DNA from: an uncultured Planctomycetota bacterium
GTDB lineage: Bacteria > Planctomycetota > Planctomycetia > Isosphaerales > Isosphaeraceae
Length of the DNA stretch: 64,000 nt
Direction of reading: 5' to 3'
NCBI GenBank assembly: GCA_963737655.1
Contig: CAVTTN010000002.1
Location: 1,696,001 to 1,760,000 of the forward strand
The notes beneath the pieces were generated by a model that did no database searches, had not been told where the DNA came from, and worked only from the letters and a program-made list of their open reading frames with translations. Both the position numbers and the translations under genes were made by a program. Each line of letters opens with the position of its first letter. The first letter of the stretch is position 1. Shown here piece by piece: positions 21,604-32,562 of this stretch.

Positions 21604-22481
21604 CCCGAGGCTCCCGGGAGGGTGGTCTCTCGCGGCGATCGCTCCCCCTCATCGCGGGTGGCGAAGAAGATCCGGCCCGCCAGGCCGCCGAGGAGCGCCG
21701 CCAGGAGCGCGAAATACGCATGGCCGATCCGGCCGAACGATTCCTTGGGGGACCCTTCGTCCAGGGTGTCACTCGTGATCGTCAGCAGGCCGTCCCGGAC
21801 CCGATAGGTCAGGTCCAGTTGCCTGAGGAGGAGTTGCAGGCTCACCCTCAGCGGCACGCCGTCGAGGTTGAGCTGGATCGGCGAGGCTAACGTCTTCTCG
21901 GCTTCCTGCAAGCCCACCGGATCGACGTAGATCGGGATGCCCTGGGGGAAATTCGGATCCACAGTCGCGGTTTTGATGTAATGAACCACGTCCTCAAGCG
22001 GTGTCTCGTTGGGAAACGGCATCGAGAAGGGCGCCTCCAGCTTGTCGAGGATTCGCTGGCTCTTTCCGTCGGCCATCAGGCGGCCGAACATCCCGGAGGA
22101 TACGGCGGAGCCCTGGTCCCGGTGGAGGCTCGGATAGAGCCAGTCGAGGAATCTCGTGGTAACCAGCGGCGGGTGCTTGTACTCGCTCCCCCAGATCCCC
22201 GACCCCATGGTCGGCCTCGTCCGGGCCTCGATCGTCTGCCAGAGGAAGTCCGTCGAATAGGCGATATATCCCCAGCCGAGCAGCACGAACCCCACCCAGA
22301 ACGCCCGCCGCGCCCCTCTCCGATAGACGATGCCCAGGAACGCCAGGATGAGGACCCCGAGTGTCATCATCACGACCAGCCCGGCCCACGTTTCCGAGGC
22401 ATACCTCAGCGCCACGAAGCCGAAGGCCACGAACAGCACCAGGGCCATCAGCCCCCGGATCGAGACGCGGAACGGGCGCAT
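21600..22481 (-). CDS. Membrane protein with periplasmic STN/secretin-N-like domain (paralog 2)
   Basis: Same architecture and strong similarity to 20698-21603; ATGA overlap. Confidence 0.8.
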   Translation of the reverse strand: MRPFRVSIRGLMALVLFVAFGFVALRYASETWAGLVVMMTLGVLILAFLGIVYRRGARRAFWVGFVLLGWGYIAYSTDFLWQTIEARTRPTMGSGIWGSEYKHPPLVTTRFLDWLYPSLHRDQGSAVSSGMFGRLMADGKSQRILDKLEAPFSMPFPNETPLEDVVHYIKTATVDPNFPQGIPIYVDPVGLQEAEKTLASPIQLNLDGVPLRVSLQLLLRQLDLTYRVRDGLLTITSDTLDEGSPKESFGRIGHAYFALLAALLGGLAGRIFFATRDEGERSPRETTLPGASG

Positions 22482-22578
22482 GGGACGGCTCCGGGAATGG
22501 TGGGATCTCGCAACGAATTCACCCCTTCGACGCCCCCGCTCGCCCCGAGTTCCTTCGCCGGTCCCCGATCCCGTCTCG

Positions 22579-22995
22579 TCACTTCGACAGGCGGACGAAC
22601 CCGGCCTGTTCGAAGTGCCCGTCGGTCGTCAGGGCGTCGGTGATCCCCCGGTCGTCCATCACGACGAAGCTCGCGCAATCGACGAGGCTCCAGTCCTTGT
22701 CCGGCCTCTTCTTGAGGAGGTCCCAGGCCCGGGCGTCGAGCTCGGGCGTGATGTGGACGACCCGGACCCACGGGAGCGACCGGATGGTCTCGGGGATCGA
22801 CCATTTCTGCTCCCGGGCCCCTCGGCCGCGACTCATCAGCGGGGCGACCAGCTCGGCCAGGACGTAATTGGTCGTGACGACGGTCCTCGCGGAGTTATGC
22901 CAGCGACGGAGAAGGGCCTGCGCCTTCAGGTGATGGGGTTCGGTCGCGACGAAGAACGTCATCCAGCCCGAGGTATCGCCGAACTCCTCAAGCAT
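22579..22995 (-). CDS. PIN-domain (VapC-like) toxin
   Basis: DTSG, TNYVLAE, SLVDCASF, TTDGHF acidic motifs. Confidence 0.85.
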   Translation of the reverse strand: MLEEFGDTSGWMTFFVATEPHHLKAQALLRRWHNSARTVVTTNYVLAELVAPLMSRGRGAREQKWSIPETIRSLPWVRVVHITPELDARAWDLLKKRPDKDWSLVDCASFVVMDDRGITDALTTDGHFEQAGFVRLSK

Positions 22996-23276
22996 CGCGA
23001 TCATCCCGCGATCCGACGACGGCCGGCGCCAGTCGCTGAGGTCTGACCGGGCCGGAAACATCGCCGAACAGGTCGTCATGTTCCCTGGCCGCCTGCTCTC
23101 CTTCGACCCGGACCGTTCCGGCCAGCTTCAAGAGCGGGTCTTGATCGTGCCGTCGGATGCCTCCGACCAAAAGGTCTCCGGCGGCCTCTTCCGGGGTCTG
23201 GAGTGTCAGCCCGGCGATCCGGGCGAGCGCCTCGAACACCTCGTCGGAGAGACTCCATCGTCAGGGAGCGGGCCAT
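22988..23276 (-). CDS. Putative antitoxin, frameshift near 23250
   Basis: Removing one base gives MARSLTMELSDEVFEAL..DPLLKLAG..AREHD; overlaps the PIN gene start. Confidence 0.65.
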
Positions 23277-23380
23277 GATTTGTTACCTCCACCGGGCCGA
23301 TCGTCCGCCCCGGCACTCCGCGGCCGAGGCCCCCGGGCCATTCTACCCGGGCCGCTCCAAGAGGTGATACAATCGCCGCC

Positions 23381-24851
23381 ATGAACGTGATCGTGATCGC
23401 CTGCAATGCCCTGCACCTGGGATTTCTCGGCACCTATGGGAACTCGTGGATCGAGACGCCCCACCTCGACCGCCTGGCGGCCGAGGGGGTGGTCTTCGAC
23501 CATCATTTCGCCGAGAACCTGACCACCCTGCCCACGCGCCGGAGCTGGTGGACCGGCCGCTACGGGTTCGCCGACCCCGATTCGGGCTGGACCCCGTTGC
23601 GGCCCGACGAGGTCATCCTGCCGGACTTGCTGTTCCGCCACGGGGTCCGCTCGGCCCTGATCTCGGACGTCCCGATGCTCCGCGAGGCCGGCAGGGGCTT
23701 TGGCCGGGGGTTCGATGACGTGGTCTGGGTCCGGGGCTCGGGCTATGACCCGCTCATCCCCGAGAATGACGCTCGGGCCCGGAACGTTCGGGTCGAGGAC
23801 GAGCCCGGCTTGCGGCTCCCGGACGCCGACGACCCGGATTTCGACCTCTGGAAAGGTCGCTGGGAGCAATATCTCCGCAACCGCCGGGTCTTGAAGTTCC
23901 ACGAGGACGAGGAAACGACCGGCGTGGCCCGGACCGTCTCGGCCGCGATCGACTGGCTCGATCGGCAGGGCCGCGACCCCGAGCCGTTCTTGCTCTGGCT
24001 CGACCTGTTCAGCCCCCACGGGCCGTGGGACCCTCCCCAGCCGTACCGGGACCAGTACGCCGCCGCCGAGCCCGACGAGTTCGAGGCCGGCGAGGAGGGG
24101 GACCTCGTCGAGGAGGAAGACGACGAGGACCTCGACCTCGAAGAGGTCCGCGTCCTGATCGACGTCCCGGCCGGGGCCGTCGGCGACGTGATCGACGAGC
24201 CCGAATTGCTCCGACTGCGACGGACCTACGCCGGGGCCGTGACCCTCCTGGATGCCCAGGTCGGCCGGCTCCTGGAGGCGATGAGGGGTTCGGGCCGTCT
24301 GGACGACTCGCTCGTGATCTTCACGGCCGACCAGGGGGAGCCCCTGGGCGAGCACGGCTACGTCCGCCGGTTCCGGCCGTGGCTCTATGAAGAATTGATC
24401 CACACGCCGTTGATCGTCCGCCTCCCCCGGGGCGAGGCGGGCGGGACGCGGTGCCCGGCGCTGGTCCAGCCGGTGGACCTCCTGCCGACGGCCCTCGCCG
24501 CCCTGGGCCTGCCGCCGAGCGACGACGCCCACGGTCACGACCTGATGCCCCTGGCGCGGGGGGAGGCGTCCAAGGTCCGCGATTATGCGTGCCTCGGCAT
24601 GGACGTCGAGGAATTCGCGATCCGCACCCCCGGATGGCACCTCACGGTGCCCATCGAGGCCGATCCGGACGACCCGCCCCGGGGCCCGAGCTCTTCGGAA
24701 GCCCGAGGACCGATGGGACCAGAACGACGTGGCCGCCGAGAACGCGGACGTCGTCGAGGCGCTCGAACTAACCCTCCGCCGGTTCGTGGCGGCCGTGGAG
24801 AGGGACTCGCTGGCGTCCCTGCCCCCTCTGCGAGTGCCGGAACGGGCCTGA
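23381..24851 (+). CDS. Sulfatase-like (alkaline phosphatase superfamily) protein, frameshift near 24690
   Basis: ETPHLDRLAAEGVVF, PHGPWDP, ADQGE.LGEHG, LYEELIHTPL; C-terminus in the 24585-24851 frame. Confidence 0.85.
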
Positions 24852-24882
24852 AGCCCTGCGGTCCGGGAGCATTCGGAAACAA

Positions 24883-25172
24883 ATGGGGACTGGCTTGCTC
24901 CGTGGAAAACCCCGTTGAGAATGAGGAAATGAGTAGGTCCGACTTCAGTCGGGCCTTCACGGAGTCAAGGCTTGTACATTGATTCACGGTTTGATGGCAC
25001 ACGCCGGTCTTCTTAGGTCAGGCCTCGGCCTGCCCTCTTCGCGGATCGGCAGGCCGAGGCCTGCCCTACATGGGTGCGACCCGGTCGTGACCTGCTGAAG
25101 GCCCGACTGAAGTCGGACCCACTCGATCCTTCCGTTTCTCCGAGGTTTTCGACGGAGGATGCCGGTCCCCAT
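24883..25172. repeat. Nested composite palindrome: outer arms, REP-A doublet and inner REP-B doublet
   Basis: ATGGGGAC..GTCCCCAT ends; REP-A at 24933-24957 and 25097-25122; REP-B at 25014-25069; left arm homologous to the 4869 element. Confidence 0.8.
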
Positions 25173-25189
25173 CGTGGTGTTCAGGATTC

Positions 25190-26554
25190 TCACGGACCGC
25201 CGCGGAGCCGGGACAGGAACCGGGGCCGCCAGGTCCATCGGGCGACTTTCTGGGTCTCGGGGTCGGCCTTGGGCGGGTCGAGGGCTTCGCCCTTGCCCTT
25301 GCCCGTCTCCGAGGCGTAATAGGTGGCGGGGAAGGTGACCGGGGGCAGGCCGGGCGGGAGGGCGTCTCGGGTGGCTCGGACCCGGGGGAGCCTCGGTCGC
25401 CCGGCGAGGGCGGGGTTGCCGCCGGTGTCGGGGTCCTCGGGGACTTCCGGCTCTCTCAGGGCGACCTCGCGAGAGATCGGCTTGCGGGGTCGCGCCTCGG
25501 CCTCGGGCGCCCGGGGAGTCTCGGGCCGGGCCGGCACCGCCGAGGGTTCGACGGACGGGTCGGCCGGGGGCGGGACTCGCTCCAGCTCGGGCTTCGCGGG
25601 GGCCTCAAGCTGCTCCGGAGCGGGCCCGGTCCTGGGCTTCGCGGGGGCCTCGGATTCGGATTCCTGGGCGATCCGTTCCAGGTCGGCGGCGGTCGAGGGC
25701 TGCGGCCCGGTGATCGGGGCCGGAGGGCTCGGGGCGTCGGCCGGGGGCTCGACGACGGGGGCCGGCGGGCGGTCCTCGGAGACCGCCAGGATCGGCGTGA
25801 CGGCCGAATCGGACCGGGCCTCGTCCTCGAGGGCCCGGACGGTCCGGGCCTCGGAGTCGGCGGAGGGCCGGGTGGCCGTCCAGTCGGACCTGGGCTTGCG
25901 GATCGTCGGGTCGAGGTCCGGGACCGGCGGCATCCTCCTCTGGGCGACCGAGGCGACGATGGCCGTCGGCCGGGAAACCGGCTCGGGCGCCTCCGGGGGC
26001 GGAGGGGCGACGAACCGGGGATCGACCTCGGCCACCAGCGCCGCCGTCGCGAGCAGAGGGGATCGAGAGGCGGCCCGGGGCGGCGTCCGGGAGGGAGCGG
26101 AGGCCGACGCGGCGGCGGAGGCGGAATCCAGCTCCGGCGGGGCGCTTTCCCGCAACGGTTCGGCCGGGGGAGGCGCGGCCGGGGTCCGGGCCATCGGGGC
26201 CCGGAAGAACCGGGGCCACTCTCGCTTGCGGGGCGGGGGGGCGGCGGCCTCGGCCGTGATCTCGCCCGGGGGCGGCGACGGCATCGCGGTCCCGGCGTCC
26301 CCGGGGTCGATCAGGGGCGGAGGGCCCGGCGGGAGGGCCGTCGAGGACGGCGCCGGAGGCCCGTTCAGGCCCGGGAAATACCGGGCGATCCGCTCCCCGA
26401 TCGGGTCGCGACGGGGGTGGAACGGGTCGGCCGCGACCGCGATGGCCGGGGGCGTCCGGGTCCACGACCGGGCCGACAGCCCGTCGGGCCCCGAGGCGCA
26501 GCCGGCCCCGGCGACGATCAGACCCAGCGCCAGGATGGACCGAACCCGATTCAT
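25190..26554 (-). CDS. Pro/Ala-rich disordered lipoprotein
   Basis: MNRVRSILALGLIVAGAGC lipobox followed by low-complexity sequence. Confidence 0.7.
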   Translation of the reverse strand: MNRVRSILALGLIVAGAGCASGPDGLSARSWTRTPPAIAVAADPFHPRRDPIGERIARYFPGLNGPPAPSSTALPPGPPPLIDPGDAGTAMPSPPPGEITAEAAAPPPRKREWPRFFRAPMARTPAAPPPAEPLRESAPPELDSASAAASASAPSRTPPRAASRSPLLATAALVAEVDPRFVAPPPPEAPEPVSRPTAIVASVAQRRMPPVPDLDPTIRKPRSDWTATRPSADSEARTVRALEDEARSDSAVTPILAVSEDRPPAPVVEPPADAPSPPAPITGPQPSTAADLERIAQESESEAPAKPRTGPAPEQLEAPAKPELERVPPPADPSVEPSAVPARPETPRAPEAEARPRKPISREVALREPEVPEDPDTGGNPALAGRPRLPRVRATRDALPPGLPPVTFPATYYASETGKGKGEALDPPKADPETQKVARWTWRPRFLSRLRGGP

Positions 26555-26797
26555 GGCGACTCCCTCCGCCCTCGACCGATCGCCGGGGGGCGGCCTCATG
26601 CCGCCCCGGCCTTTCCTCAAGCCTTCGCTGAGTCTCCATCGGCCGATGAGCCGGGGGGCGGCCCCTCGATTCGGCCCCCGGGGCGGCCGGGGGCGAGACA
26701 TAATTCGGCTATCCGGTACAATCGGTCCGAGCGGCCCGGGGAGTCGAGCCGATCTGCGGGCCTGTTCCGAATGGTCCTTGCCCCGTCGAACGCGGGA

Positions 26798-26867
26798 GGA
26801 GGTCCGACTTCAGTCGGGCCATCCGCCCGAGAATTCGGCTTGCAGGCCCGGCTGAAGTCGGACCTAC
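26798..26867. repeat. REP-A inverted doublet
   Basis: GGAGGTCCGACTTCAGTCGGGCC ... GGCCCGGCTGAAGTCGGACCTAC. Confidence 0.8.
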
Positions 26868-27019
26868 TGAGCCCATCGACCGGGCGGGGACGCGTCCCGG
26901 ACGGCCTCGGAAACGATCTCCCGGGCCCCGAGGGCGCCGACCCCTGCCGTCGTCTCCGTCGTAGAAACACGGGAGGGCCGACCGGCCCCCTCGCCCCGAC
27001 TCTCCCGGGAGCCTTGCCG

Positions 27020-27554
27020 ATGGTCTCGCCCGATGCCGCCGAACGCTTCCTCGCCTGCCCCTGGATCGAGCAGATGGACAGCGCGACCCGCCAGGAGGTC
27101 CTCAACGTCCTGGTCGAGTCCCGGGCCCCGGCCGGCGCGGTCCTGCTCGCCCAGGGGCAGCCCAATGACCACATCGCCTTCCTGATCGACGGCCGGGCGA
27201 CGGTCTCGCGGGTCACCGAGTCGGGCCGTCACGAGACGTTGACCTCGTTGACGGCGCCGTCTCTGTTCGGCCTGACCTCGTTCTTCCGCCCGAGCCCCTC
27301 CGGGCTTCTCGGTCCGGGCCGACACGCCGGTCTGGGTCCTCACCCTGGACCACCACGCCCACGACCTCCTGAGGAGGGCCGACCCCCGGGCGACCGAGGA
27401 GATCGCCCTGGCCGCCGTCCGCATCCTGGCCGACCGCTTCGACCTCCTGGACAAGCGGATGACCGCCGACATGGCCGAGCACCCCGACGGCCACCCCAAG
27501 GCCACCGAATGGGCCGAGTTCCGATCGCGCCTGTTCGAGGAATCGAGCATCTGA
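27020..27554 (+). CDS. Cyclic nucleotide-binding domain protein, frameshift near 27300
   Basis: GAVLLAQGQPNDHIAFLIDG..LFGLTSFF; after the shift SVRADTPVWVLTLD..ILADRF. Confidence 0.8.
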
Positions 27555-27569
27555 TCGGAGGCCCCGGCC

Positions 27570-29398
27570 TCAGCGGATCAGCCGGGGGGCCCCGTCGTCG
27601 ATCGTCCCGGCTTCGCGGAGGGTCAATCGCACCCGGCGGACGGTCCGGCCGTCCCAGTGCGGCAGGCGATCGAGCGAGACGGCCCACTCCGCCCGGGGGC
27701 GCGACGGGTCGGGCCTCCAGCGGATGCTCCTCGCCTCGGTCCACTTGCCCGGGCGGTCCGACCACCAGACTTCCACCGCCGAGCTTCCCGGGAGGCTCAG
27801 GGATTTCGCCTCCGGCGAGTCGCCCGAGAGCTCATACTCGACGAACGCCGGAGGGCCCGAGGCCGACCACCTGTGACCCGGTCCTCCCGGCTTCAGGCCC
27901 AGGGTCTGGACCAGGTGCCCCTCGGCCACGGCCTGGCCCTCCCCGACGGCGCGGAGGTAGGGCGAGGCGTCCATCCCCCCGCAAATCGCCTCGCGGTCGG
28001 CCAGGCCCAGCGAGCCCAGGAGCACCCCCCGGACCTCGGCATCGGCGATCGAGGGCGTCTCCACGGTCGTCGGGAACATGGTCAGGGCGTTGAATTCGTG
28101 GTCGAACCAGCGGGTGCGGATCGGGTCGAGCGCCCGGAGGGCCTGGCCCCGGGTGATCCCCCTGGACCGCGCAGCTCGCCGAGGCGGTCGATCGCCGCGA
28201 GGGTCCGCGCCTGGTCGCGGAACAGGAAGAACCGCGAATGGACCTTCATCCTCGGCAGGTTCACGCCGAGGAGGACCGCCGCGATCGCCAGGAGGACCGC
28301 CGGGCCCGTCCGCGATCGGTCCAGGCGGGCCATCGCCGGCCCGATCGCGGCCGAGAGGATCAGGACCAGCCCCACGGCCGGGAACAGATGGTAGCGCTGG
28401 AGCGCCAGGATCACCCGCGAGCCGGCCGTCGAGCGGACCCCGAACGTGATCGCGTAGCCCGAGGCGATCAGGGCCAGGCCCACCAGGAGCATCGGCCGGG
28501 CCGCCGGCCTCTTCGCCGCCAGGACGAGGACCGCGACGGCCAGCGCCGCGCCCAGGGCCAGCGCCGCCGCGTCGGGAACGAACCGTTCGAGGCTGGGCAG
28601 GCCGACCATCCCGGGCAAGAGCACGTCGATCGGGGCGCAGCCGACGTTGCGGAGCCCCGCGACGATCGCCACGTTCCGTTCCAGGCTCTGCGAGAGGACC
28701 TCGCGATAGCCGAACGTCTGGCAGATGGCCAGGTAGGCGAGCGTGCCGACCATCGGCGCGACCGAGCCGGCCAGCCGGCCCCGCCACGTCCCCCGCCCGG
28801 CCAGGATTCGCAGGCCCGCCGAGGGGCCGGCGAGGAGGCCGATCGCCGAGAACGCCGGCGCCACGGCCGAGGCGACCGCCGACCCCGCCAGCCCCAGCCA
28901 CCGCCTCCGCCCCGGATCGGCTCGCCCGGCGAGGTCCAGGGCGGCCACGGTCCCGGCCAGGGCCCAGGTGAAGCTGCTGGCGGAGTACCAGTAGAGGGTC
29001 TCCGACGCCACGGCCGTCATCGCGGTGACCATGACGGCCAGCCACGCCGCCGATTCCGAGCCCGCTTCGCGGCGGACCAGCCGGAAAATCAGGATCAGCG
29101 CCACGACCCAGGGCACGACCGACGCCAGGGTGAACGCCAGGGGGGCAACCGGCAGCCTCCGCCCGGCCAGGCCCCAGGTCGTCCACGACACGACCTCGAA
29201 CAACGGGGCCATGTGCTCGTTGAACGGCCGGAACAGCAGGGCCCGGAGCGGGCTTTCTTGAAGGTGGGAGATCCGGACCACGTCATCGGAATAGAGGCTG
29301 GGGTGGGCGGCCCTCAAGGAGGGCGGGACGATCAGCAAGGCGAGCAGGGCCGCCGGGACGAGCCGGCGGCCGGGGAGGCGAGCTTCGGGACCGGGCAT
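27570..29398 (-). CDS. Multi-pass membrane protein (GT-C-like), frameshift near 28170
   Basis: LYSDD and PFNEHMAPL motifs, many TMs, RYHLFP; soluble C-terminal domain in the 27570 frame. Confidence 0.7.
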
Positions 29399-29970
29399 GG
29401 ACGGTCGCTCCGCGGGTCCGGGGCGTGGGGCAGGGTCTCCATCTGAGTAAGAGGGTCGGTCCTGGGGGGGGCGGCCTCGAACCCGCTCGGCCCGGGATTG
29501 TCGAGATCCTCGCCGTCCTGTCACGCCCAGATTCCCCCCGGAGGACCCGCCCCGACCCGGCCGGATGGCGAGACCCTGGGGGTGGGGCAAACGGTGATGG
29601 GCCGACTCTTCCGAAAGTGACGAAGATTCGGGCGCTCATCTTTCGCAGATCCCCGGGACTGCCCGACTGTGACGATCGTCACGACCGGACGACGTAAGTC
29701 CTTGCTAGAAAACGGGAAGGGCGTTCAAGGCGATTCGCGGGGAAGACGATACAACGGTTGGCTCGCCACGGTTCGCCACGGCGAGGACTCGGGAGCACCC
29801 CAACGGGGGTGCCGTCCGGGGGGTGCGGCCTTCGGGCCTCGGGCGCGGGAACGCCCGCCTTCGGACGGCGCCGGACAGATCCAAACGAAGTGGGAGGGCC
29901 TGCCGCGACCGGCCGGCCGGATTTCGTGGCCCCTCTCTCAGACCAAGCTTGCCAAGGAGAACCGTCTCCC

Positions 29971-30612
29971 ATGTTGAAGCCCCTGTCTTTGAGCGTCAGC
30001 CTGGCTGTCGCCCTGGGCGCGTGCAGCCTGAGCCTCGCCGGTGGTCACCTGAAGACCTATGCGTCGGGCCAGTGCGAGACCGTCGCCAGCCCGCAGTCGG
30101 TCGTCCCCTCGGCGCAGAGCATCGGGGAAGGCTGCGGCGAAGTCTGCGGCCCCGTCGCCAAGAAGTCCTGCTTCGGCAACCTCTTCAAGCACAAGCCCAA
30201 GACCTACACCTACGAGTGGGTCCTGAAGAAGAAGCGTTGCGGCGGCCTCTTCGGCGGCGGCTGCGGCACGGCCACGGCCGGCGGCTGCGAGTCCTGCGGG
30301 ACGGCCCTGCCCTCGGCCCAGTACCCGAGCAGCCAGTCTTATGGCAGCGCCCAGTACCCGACGACCTACAGCGCCCCCCAGGGCAGCTACAGCGCCCCGC
30401 AGGCCGGCTACAGCGCCCCGCAGTCCGGTGGCATGACGGCCGCCCCGGCGGCCGCCGCCGCCCCGACGATGGAAGCCCCCCCGGCCCCCGAAGTCGCCCC
30501 GGCCCCGGCTCCCGCCCCGGCCCCGCCGACCAACCCCGCCCCCGCCCCCCCGGCCCCGGCCCCGCCGACGGCCTCCAACGGCGGCCTCCAGCTCCTGCCC
30601 TCGGGCAACTGA
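29971..30612 (+). CDS. Small secreted Cys-rich protein with YSAPQ repeats and Ala/Pro tail
   Basis: RBS AAGGAG; signal peptide; 9 Cys; YSAPQ x3; own terminator. Confidence 0.85.
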   Translation: MLKPLSLSVSLAVALGACSLSLAGGHLKTYASGQCETVASPQSVVPSAQSIGEGCGEVCGPVAKKSCFGNLFKHKPKTYTYEWVLKKKRCGGLFGGGCGTATAGGCESCGTALPSAQYPSSQSYGSAQYPTTYSAPQGSYSAPQAGYSAPQSGGMTAAPAAAAAPTMEAPPAPEVAPAPAPAPAPPTNPAPAPPAPAPPTASNGGLQLLPSGN

Positions 30613-30645
30613 GACTCGATCGGCCCCAAGCCGTTCGATCGATCG

Positions 30646-30681
30646 AAGCCCACGCACCCTCGCGGTGCGTGGGCTTTTTTT
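30646..30681 (+). terminator. Rho-independent terminator
   Basis: AAGCCCACGCACC-loop-GGTGCGTGGGCTT followed by a T run. Confidence 0.9.
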
Positions 30682-30802
30682 CGTGGGGTCGGAGTGCGGG
30701 GTGAGGGTCGATGGGCGGGCGGGGCCCGCCGCCGGTTGGCGCATTGCATGCACCCTGCTTGATGGGAGGCCGGCGCCGACGGCTTTGCTTCGGCAGTGCG
30801 AA

Positions 30803-30830
30803 TTGACAAACGGCGCCGATTGTGGATAAC
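30803..30830 (+). promoter_or_regulatory. Putative promoter with overlapping DnaA box upstream of the export operon
   Basis: TTGACA at 30803-30808; TGTGGATAA (reverse complement of TTATCCACA) at 30821-30829 overlapping a weak -10 GATAAC. Confidence 0.5.
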
Positions 30831-31081
30831 ACTGGCCGCGCAGGATGCGATGGGCCTCGCTCCCAAGGATGGGACGACGGCCGACCTCGATCGCTCCGCC
30901 TCGGCGGATCGACGGGATCGGCCCCGATCGACGGGCCCTTTGCCGTCCGCCGATTTGCTCTTGCGACCGGATCGATCTTCCCGGCCGGTTCGGAGTCTCG
31001 CGCCGTCGCCGATCTCGGCGTCCGGCGGGTGGGCCTCCGATCGGCCGCCGAAGGCTTGGCCGGGGGGCCGGAGGAGAGACG

Positions 31082-32562
31082 ATGCGGACCGATTCCACGC
31101 CCCGGACCGACCCCTCGCTGGACCGGCTCCCCTCGCGGGTCCGGCGGGCCTGGCGGTGGCTCTCCGGGCGGAGCCCCCAGGTCAGGATGGCCGTCGCCGG
31201 GGCCGCCCTGATCGCCCTGATCGCCGCCGGCTACGTGGCCACGACGGCCCCCGAGCCGGTCGAGACCGCCTGGCTCCACGGCGACCGTCCGTTGACGCCC
31301 GAGGAGCTGGAGGCCGTCCTCGCGGCCCTGAGCGAGGGGAAGATCCCCGCCTCGGCCTCCGAGCGGGGCCGGGTGGCCGTCCCGGCGTCGCGACGCGGCG
31401 AGGCCCTCGCCCTGCTCGCCCGCAAGAAGGTCGGCCCCAAGGGGTTGCGAGAACTCCACGAGCAGGCCGTGGCCGCCTCGCCCTGGGAAGGACCCGCCGA
31501 GAGGGCCGAGCGCCAGCAATGGCTCAAGACCCAGGAATTGGAGGTCGGCCTCGCCAAGCTCCCCGGCGTCGCCTCGGCCGAGGTCCGGATCAATCGGGCC
31601 GCCGGCCACGGATTCGGGCCCAAGGCCCCGAAGGTCGCCGCCATCGTCTGGCTCCGCCCGGCCGACGGCGAGCCCCTGCCGCCCCCGACGATCAAGAACG
31701 TCCAGGCCGTCGTCAAGTCGTTCGAGCCCGACCTGCCCGACGACGCCCTGTCGATCTTCGACGAGTCCGGCCAGGCGTACCTGATCGCCGGCAACCCCGA
31801 GGCCGGCCAGGAGCTGATGGCCCACGCCCGCGAGGAGCAGTTGCGGAGGCGGATCAAGCGCGACCTGGAGTGGATCGACGGCGTGAGGGTGTTCGTGACC
31901 CTCGACCCGATCGCCCCGGCCCCTCCCCATCGGGCCGAGAGCCGCCGGGCCCGGCCGCGACGCTCCCGCCGGGTCCCGTGGCCGTGAACCTCCCGGCGGA
32001 GGTCGCCGCCTCGGCCCCGGCCCCGCCTCCCTCGCCGACCCCTCCGCCCCCGACGGCCGCCGCGCCCCGGGCCACGGTCCTGGTCCAGGTCCCGATCAGC
32101 CACTACATCGACCGCTTCCAGAGGCTCCACCATCGCGACCCCTCGCCCGAGGACCTCCGGCCTTACGCGGCGAAGACCGAGGCGTCGATCCGGGCGACCG
32201 TCGAGCAGGCGATCCCGGCGGAGTTCGCCTCGATCCTCAAGGTCGATCGCATCGACGACCCCGGGCCCGAGCGGCCGTCGGTGGCCCCGGCCGACGCCGA
32301 GTCCCGGAGGGACCGGGCGTGGTGGCCGATCGCGGCCCTGGCCGCTTCGGCCGCCGCGGCGACGTTCGCGGCCGTGACCACCCGGAGGCTCCTGGGCCGA
32401 CGGCCCGCGGTCGAGGCCGCCGCCCCGAGCCGGCCCTCGGCCTTCGAGGTCGGCGACTCCGCCGGGCCGGCCGAGAGGGTCCGCGAGCTCGTCCGGCTCG
32501 ATCCCTCGGCCGCCTCGGGCGTCCTCCAGCGATGGATCGGGCGGGGAGGGACCGTCGGATGA
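31082..32562 (+). CDS. fliF: FliF/SctJ-like M-ring protein, frameshift near 31930
   Basis: TM, ring-building motifs (GRVAVP, ELEVGLAKLPGVASAEVRI, LSIFDESG), second TM, C-terminal RELVRLDPSAASGVLQRWI motif. Confidence 0.75.

Noticed and set aside
29750..29960. Known riboswitch upstream of the Cys-rich gene
   Set aside because: Hairpins are present but I recognise no aptamer consensus; an Rfam scan is needed
30821..30829. Replication origin
   Set aside because: Only one DnaA box, with no cluster, AT-rich unwinding element or dnaA/dnaN
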